Shown here one piece after another: positions 59,032 to 64,000 of a stretch of DNA of 64,000 bases. The notes under the pieces were generated by a model. The model had not been told where the DNA came from and ran no database searches. It worked only from the letters and a program-made list of their open reading frames with translations. Numbering within the stretch: position 1 is the stretch's first letter; the number at the start of each line of letters is the position of its first letter. Source of the DNA: Promethearchaeota archaeon (lineage in GTDB: Archaea > Asgardarchaeota > Lokiarchaeia > Sigyniarchaeales > SOKP01); the NCBI GenBank assembly GCA_019058445.1, contig JAHPZA010000003.1, positions 607,811 to 671,810 of the forward strand, written 5' to 3'. The translations under genes and the position numbers were made by a program.

Positions 59032-60705
59032 ATCGAAAGTAATCTTCTTGAAGAAATTACAGAATTAACTTTAAAGGGAAAATATAAGGAAATAGGAAAA
59101 ATAGTAAGAAAAGCTAAGAGAGAAGGGTTTAGTCCACAAGAAATTATCCAAGCCCTCTCAGCGGGAATATCTTCTGTAAGTCGGAAGTATAAGAAAGAGG
59201 GGATGTATTTAGATGATATTGTCGTGTCGGCTGCGGCATTTGAAGTGGGGGCTCGATCGCTTCCCGTCTCGGATGAGGAGAAAAGTCCCGAGGAGAAGGT
59301 CGTAATAGGTGTTATGGGAGGTCCTTGGACTATAGGGAATGCTATCATTTCTGCTAATCTAAAAGCACATGGCTTTGAAGTTATTGATGCGGGTTCAGAC
59401 ATACCCCCTGAAAAAATAGCTCAAGCTGCTGCTGATTCAAATGCAAGAATTGTGGCATCAGCTATTTATCTTATGCAATCTCAAGCGGAAGTAGCAAAAT
59501 TAGAACAGGAATTATGGAATCGTGGTGTTCGCCATAAAATTAGGACAATTCTTAGCGGCCCGGCAGGTTCTCGTGCGATGGCAGAGAAATACAATATTGA
59601 TGCGTATGTAGAAGATGTAAACGAATTAATAGTAAAAGTAAAGGAATTTTCGGAAGACCTTAAAGCTGAAATGACTTCATGCGATCGCGTTATGACTTCG
59701 ATTAAGCATAACGAACCTGATAGAGTTCCTTTTATGCCGTTTGCTCAAACATTTACCGCAAAATTTGCGGAAATCCCCTTTTCTGAATATGTGTGTAAAG
59801 CTGAAAAAATGGCAGAGGGACAGTTGAAAGCTTATAATGCCTTTGGTTGGGATGCGTTTTGCTTTTCTTCGGACGTTGGGATATACGCCGAGGCATGCGG
59901 GGCCACGTGCGAGTATCCTTACGATGATGTTCCTCGAATCATAAAGCCAGTTCTATCTCAAGGGAATTTGTATAGGGATTTTAAAAGCTTGAAAATGCCT
60001 GATCCTTTAAGCCCCAGCCGTTTAGCAGAATCTATTAAGGCAATCAGAATCGTAAAAAAGGAAGTTGGAGATGATGTACCTCTGATTGGTTGGTTAGAGG
60101 CCCCCTTTCAAGGGACTGCTTTATTAGGCGGGGGAGATCCGTTTCTTCTATTTTATGTACTCGACCACCCCGATGAATTTAAAGAGATACTTGATTGGTA
60201 CGCCGACTGGGCAATTGATATAGCTAATGCAATGTACGAAGCGGGCGCAGATATCATTGGAGCAGGTGAAACCGCAGGTTATTTCATGTCTCCGAAATTT
60301 TTCAAAGAATACGTACTGGAACCGGAAAAAAAACTATGCCGTGCTATTAGAAAAATGGGTATGTATCCACTAATTCATTGCTGTGGATACGTCCCTCAAT
60401 GTGTTCCTTTCGTCAAAGAAACCAATCCTGGGGGCGCCATCCAGTTCGATTATCAAGTAGATCTGGCATGGGCTAAAAATATATTAAAAGATAAAGTAAC
60501 TATCATGGGAAATCTTAATTATAATAAATTAATGACTGCAACTCCTAAAGCAGTGTATGAAGATTGTGCAGAACATATAAAAATAGCGGCCAAAGGAGGA
60601 GGATATTGGTTAGCATTTGGTTGCGAAATTCCGAGAGATATGCCTTCAGAGACAATGAGAGCGATATTAAGAGCAACTAAAACTGTGGGGAAATATAGTA
60701 ATTAA
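59032..60705 (+). CDS. Corrinoid-protein-like (cap + B12-binding) fused to MtaA/URO-D-family methyltransferase; start extended to ATC 59032
   Basis: In-frame 57-codon extension encoding cap helices (GFSPQEIIQALSAGISSVSRKY); GFEVIDAG.DIPPE; EPDRVP, IHCCG, FGCEI. Confidence 0.85.
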   Translation: MESNLLEEITELTLKGKYKEIGKIVRKAKREGFSPQEIIQALSAGISSVSRKYKKEGMYLDDIVVSAAAFEVGARSLPVSDEEKSPEEKVVIGVMGGPWTIGNAIISANLKAHGFEVIDAGSDIPPEKIAQAAADSNARIVASAIYLMQSQAEVAKLEQELWNRGVRHKIRTILSGPAGSRAMAEKYNIDAYVEDVNELIVKVKEFSEDLKAEMTSCDRVMTSIKHNEPDRVPFMPFAQTFTAKFAEIPFSEYVCKAEKMAEGQLKAYNAFGWDAFCFSSDVGIYAEACGATCEYPYDDVPRIIKPVLSQGNLYRDFKSLKMPDPLSPSRLAESIKAIRIVKKEVGDDVPLIGWLEAPFQGTALLGGGDPFLLFYVLDHPDEFKEILDWYADWAIDIANAMYEAGADIIGAGETAGYFMSPKFFKEYVLEPEKKLCRAIRKMGMYPLIHCCGYVPQCVPFVKETNPGGAIQFDYQVDLAWAKNILKDKVTIMGNLNYNKLMTATPKAVYEDCAEHIKIAAKGGGYWLAFGCEIPRDMPSETMRAILRATKTVGKYSN

Positions 60706-60748
60706 AGAAAAAAATTAAGAAAAAATTATATGCACACTTAAAAATTAG

Positions 60749-61843
60749 TTATTTTTTCATTTTTTTTCTGAGTTCTTCTTTTATTTGAGCGATTTCAGCA
60801 TACAGATCATCAACAGTAGAAGGGGGCACAATTTCCTTCTCTTTTTTACGTAGATGAATAGCCTCTTCGGGACATGTTGAGACACAAAGTCCACATCCAA
60901 TACATCGCTTTAAATTTACTTTAGAAATATTATTCACTAATTTTAATGCATTCATCTGACATCGCTTTAAACAAGTACCACATCCCGTACATAATTCTTT
61001 ATCGACCTCTGCATAAAAATTACTTGCTAAAAATTGGGCGGGACGAGGGATTTCTTTAGCTTTTGATAAAGATAAGCAACAACAATTACAACAATTACAA
61101 ATAAACTCGGGATTCTTAGTATTTCCGGATTGAAGGACCAAGCCATTTTTTTCAGAGTTTAGTAAAATTTCCAAAGCTTTATCTTTAGATATTGGTCGTG
61201 CCCAGCCCTGGTCTAAAAATAAACGACCTGTATTTCCTAAATAAAGACATAATTCACGCTCAGATATTTTACTACAAGGTTCTCCCTGTAAATCCTTAGA
61301 TTGTCGACAAATGCAATTTGCCAAACCGATTGAATCTTCTTCTGTGTTTTCAATAATTTTTCTTATTTCATCGTAGCTGGCTACTTGATTCTCAGGTGTT
61401 AAACTTTGTTCTAAAGGGATTATACGTACCTGCAGATTGTTTGTACTTATAATTTCCAATGCAAATTCGTTATCTTTGTATAGTTCAAAATCTTCTATGA
61501 ACTCATTTGTCAGCTTATTGATCTGGTATTCATATATTCCAACCACTAATGGGAGAATCGCATAATATTTCTTATCTCCTTCTTTTTTAAAATTAATTAA
61601 TCCCTTACTGACCATGACATCTAATGCCTCTTCTAATTGACTAAGAGAATTTTGAGTTTTAATAGTCTTATGGATATTTTCTAAGATTTCATACTCCCAT
61701 TTCAAGTTTATGGCAATTTCAGCTTCCTCAGGGTTAAATAAATGCTTTAATACTCTTATTTCAACCCCGCTCTTAGTAGCAGGATATCCAATTGGAAATT
61801 GATCCAGATGTTTTTGCAAATTTTGATATACTTCTTCGGTCAT
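60749..61843 (-). CDS. 4Fe-4S dicluster protein, paralog of 1539-2627
   Basis: CICR, CNCCNCCC, CTGCGTCLKRC, CIGCGLCVSTCP. Confidence 0.88.
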   Translation of the reverse strand: MTEEVYQNLQKHLDQFPIGYPATKSGVEIRVLKHLFNPEEAEIAINLKWEYEILENIHKTIKTQNSLSQLEEALDVMVSKGLINFKKEGDKKYYAILPLVVGIYEYQINKLTNEFIEDFELYKDNEFALEIISTNNLQVRIIPLEQSLTPENQVASYDEIRKIIENTEEDSIGLANCICRQSKDLQGEPCSKISERELCLYLGNTGRLFLDQGWARPISKDKALEILLNSEKNGLVLQSGNTKNPEFICNCCNCCCLSLSKAKEIPRPAQFLASNFYAEVDKELCTGCGTCLKRCQMNALKLVNNISKVNLKRCIGCGLCVSTCPEEAIHLRKKEKEIVPPSTVDDLYAEIAQIKEELRKKMKK

Positions 61844-61964
61844 TTTGAGTTTTCCACAAAATTTATGATTAATTATTATGATTGATTATTCTAAGTTACG
61901 TCAATTGTTTTATTAAAGCTAATTAGAAATACCTTAATTTATGAGTTGGATTATGTTCTCTGTT

Positions 61965-62807
61965 TTACATTTCATAAGGTTTAGCTTCTTTTAGAATTGA
62001 ATCTACCTTCGAAAAGAGCCCAAGTATGAGACTTAATTCCTTTTTTGAGATAAAGGCACGCTCAAATACATTTTTAAATGCTTGATATACATTATCTTCA
62101 CGAAATGTTCTTATTTTCAGATATTCAATTATATCACTTATGAAATTATATAGTATTATTCGATCTTCTTTATTAGCTAACAATACAGGCTTTTCTCCTC
62201 TTCCAATCCTTAAAACATGTATTTTTTTAAAAATTTCATATAAGATAATTCCACATCCGTGAGAAAGATTTAAAGAAGGATATTCTTTACTTGTGGGTAT
62301 TCTCAATAAAACATCGGCTAGTTTGATTTCTTCATTGGTTAAACCACGTGATTCTTTACCAAATAAAATCGCAATTTTCAGTGGTTTCTCTGAGACAGGA
62401 ATTGAGAAATTATGAGGAAAAGTTGCTACTCGTTTGATATTTGAATATTTTTTTCCTTTAGCGGTAGTGGCTATGATTAAATCAAATTTTCTTAAAAATG
62501 CACCAAGTTCAATTAAATGAGATCTTTCATTCTCAACAGTTAGAATCTTTGCATTAAGCAAAATATCTTTTCCGTGCATCGCATAACCGCAAGTTTCATG
62601 GCTTTTGATGTTATTAATTTTTTCAATAGGATTAAAGATTACCAGATTCTGAAAAGCAAAGTTTTTCATAATTCTTGCTATACTACCTATATTCCCTGCG
62701 GTTTCGGGTTTGACCAAGATTATAGTAAAAGAAATGTTCTTATATTTCTCATTTAATTGAGTTTCTTTAAAATCTTCGAGTTCTCTGAATTTTCTTTTTT
62801 TATCCAA
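61965..62807 (-). CDS. trmJ: TrmJ/TrmH-family SPOUT tRNA methyltransferase
   Basis: LVKPETAGNIGSIARIMKNF, LFGKESRGL, IPTS.EYPSLNLSH. Confidence 0.85.
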   Translation of the reverse strand: MDKKRKFRELEDFKETQLNEKYKNISFTIILVKPETAGNIGSIARIMKNFAFQNLVIFNPIEKINNIKSHETCGYAMHGKDILLNAKILTVENERSHLIELGAFLRKFDLIIATTAKGKKYSNIKRVATFPHNFSIPVSEKPLKIAILFGKESRGLTNEEIKLADVLLRIPTSKEYPSLNLSHGCGIILYEIFKKIHVLRIGRGEKPVLLANKEDRIILYNFISDIIEYLKIRTFREDNVYQAFKNVFERAFISKKELSLILGLFSKVDSILKEAKPYEM

Positions 62808-62847
62808 ATTTAATCACAACCAAGTATATCATTTTAAGATTCTATAA

Positions 62848-63486
62848 TTGACAAATGATAAAAAAGTTAAAGTTAAATTTATAGAACAGATCTTAAATAT
62901 AATGTTAGAGGATATCAAAGAATATATACAATTCATAAACATATCTAGTGAAGATCTCGTTTTATTTGAATGGAAGCCACTAAGATCATTTAAAAGCTAT
63001 ATTTTAGACATGAATATAATTAAAGAGAATAAAGTCAGCGATATTTTCTTCCACATTAATAAGGGTAATCTAAAAATAGTACACATAAGAAAGCACGATT
63101 TAATCTATACAATTGGAGCCAATAATATACAATACCAAATTTTGGAAGCTTTACTCGAAGAAATCGATAGACAATTTAATGAAATGTATGATCTAGATGT
63201 ACTCCTTTCATTTAGTAATACAAATCCTTCCATGTTCAAACATTTTAAAATACAAATAGAGCAGATCATGGAGAATTTTCACAGTTCTAATTTAGTAAAA
63301 AAGGTTGATGTTCTCTGCAGGGTATGTAAGGCTACTTTACCAATGTATGTTAAAAGAAGCATTATGGAAAGCGAAACTTCTTTTCCTGTACCTCTTGTTT
63401 ATATCCATAAAGGACACGCAATTGTAACCTACATTGATAAAGATTTTGTAGTACGTGGAGTTGAGTTAGTTCATATTAATTCTTAA
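62848..63486 (+). CDS. Hypothetical protein: longin-like N-terminus + C-terminal CxxC/HxxH metal-binding domain
   Basis: CRVC...PVPLVYIHKGHAIVTYIDKDFVVRG. Confidence 0.6.
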   Translation: MTNDKKVKVKFIEQILNIMLEDIKEYIQFINISSEDLVLFEWKPLRSFKSYILDMNIIKENKVSDIFFHINKGNLKIVHIRKHDLIYTIGANNIQYQILEALLEEIDRQFNEMYDLDVLLSFSNTNPSMFKHFKIQIEQIMENFHSSNLVKKVDVLCRVCKATLPMYVKRSIMESETSFPVPLVYIHKGHAIVTYIDKDFVVRGVELVHINS

Positions 63487-63500
63487 TCTGAGTATTTTGA

Positions 63501-63758
63501 ATGGAAAATTTAAATAAAAATATGGTTAAAGAAATCCTAAGTACCATTCAATCTGAAGGCATTATCGGCTTTCGCCTCTTAAGCATATTAAAAGAAAGGA
63601 ATCCTGATTTTAACGAAACTGTTTTATATTCAACTTTAAAGACTCTCACCGAACATAACTGCATCGATAATTATATTGCGAATGAAGATAAGAATTGTAA
63701 AGTTAAAATACAGTATAAATTATCTGAACAGGGTAAAATACTTCTAAATTCTTTATAA
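63501..63758 (+). CDS. PadR-like winged-helix protein
   Basis: ILSTI..GFRLL, VLYSTLKTL, YKLSEQGK. Confidence 0.7.
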   Translation: MENLNKNMVKEILSTIQSEGIIGFRLLSILKERNPDFNETVLYSTLKTLTEHNCIDNYIANEDKNCKVKIQYKLSEQGKILLNSL

Positions 63759-64000
63759 GCATTGATGTATTTCGTTTGTTTTAATTAGATTCATTCTATT
63801 TTTGAAACAAATATATATATTGTCAATTTAATCAATTATATAAGAAATTCAATCTAAATTTCAATTTATTAAACAATGATGGAGATAAATAAGATGAATG
63901 AAAAAAATTGGAGAGAATGGCTTTTTATTATTGCTATGTGTGTTCAGACCATTAAAGTAAGTAAAAATATACTCATTTTATTTCAAATAAGATTATCAAC

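Noticed and set aside
63894-64000. ORF MNEKNWREWLFIIAMCVQ... at the window end, possibly interrupted near 63946
   Set aside because: Truncated by the window edge; too little sequence to call a gene or an insertion.
1-64000. CRISPR arrays, tRNA/rRNA genes, integrases, transposases, prophage genes
   Set aside because: No repeat-spacer periodicity, cloverleaf or GC-rich RNA gene, or recombinase motifs were recognised by eye; a tRNAscan/Infernal run would be needed to exclude small RNAs.

Overview
AT-rich, gene-dense chromosomal segment, most consistent with an Asgard archaeon (Lokiarchaeia-like). Evidence: archaeal-type MetRS, TrmB and RHH regulators, TATA-like promoters and GAGGTGA-type ribosome-binding sites, together with many eukaryotic-signature proteins (Rab-like, Arf-like and Rag-like small GTPase domains, roadblock and longin proteins, a vWA protein with two C4HC3 zinc fingers). 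Most genes serve heterotrophic metabolism: fatty-acid/acyl-CoA enzymes, peptidase, amidase, Ntn-acylase, MFS transporters, gpmA and a sugar isomerase. I recognised no rRNA, tRNA, CRISPR array, integrase or transposase. The strongest candidate for an undescribed system is the divergent pair at 51479-55700. One gene encodes a 967-aa fusion: longin/uDENN - Arf-like GTPase - longin/uDENN - PAS - PAS - degenerate histidine kinase. Both of its longin domains carry an R-G motif where the FLCN/SMCR8 GAP arginine finger sits. It lies head-to-head with a Rag-like GTPase. Other notable items: a corrinoid-protein/MtaA-type methyltransferase fusion lacking the cobalt-ligating His; a three-unit membrane/left-handed beta-helix operon resembling the Pls/NRPS terminal module; a divergent RtcB-like protein; three genes that appear to start at AUA/AUC/AUU; and two small ORFs missing from the track. 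All family assignments come from motif recognition by eye; no searches were run.
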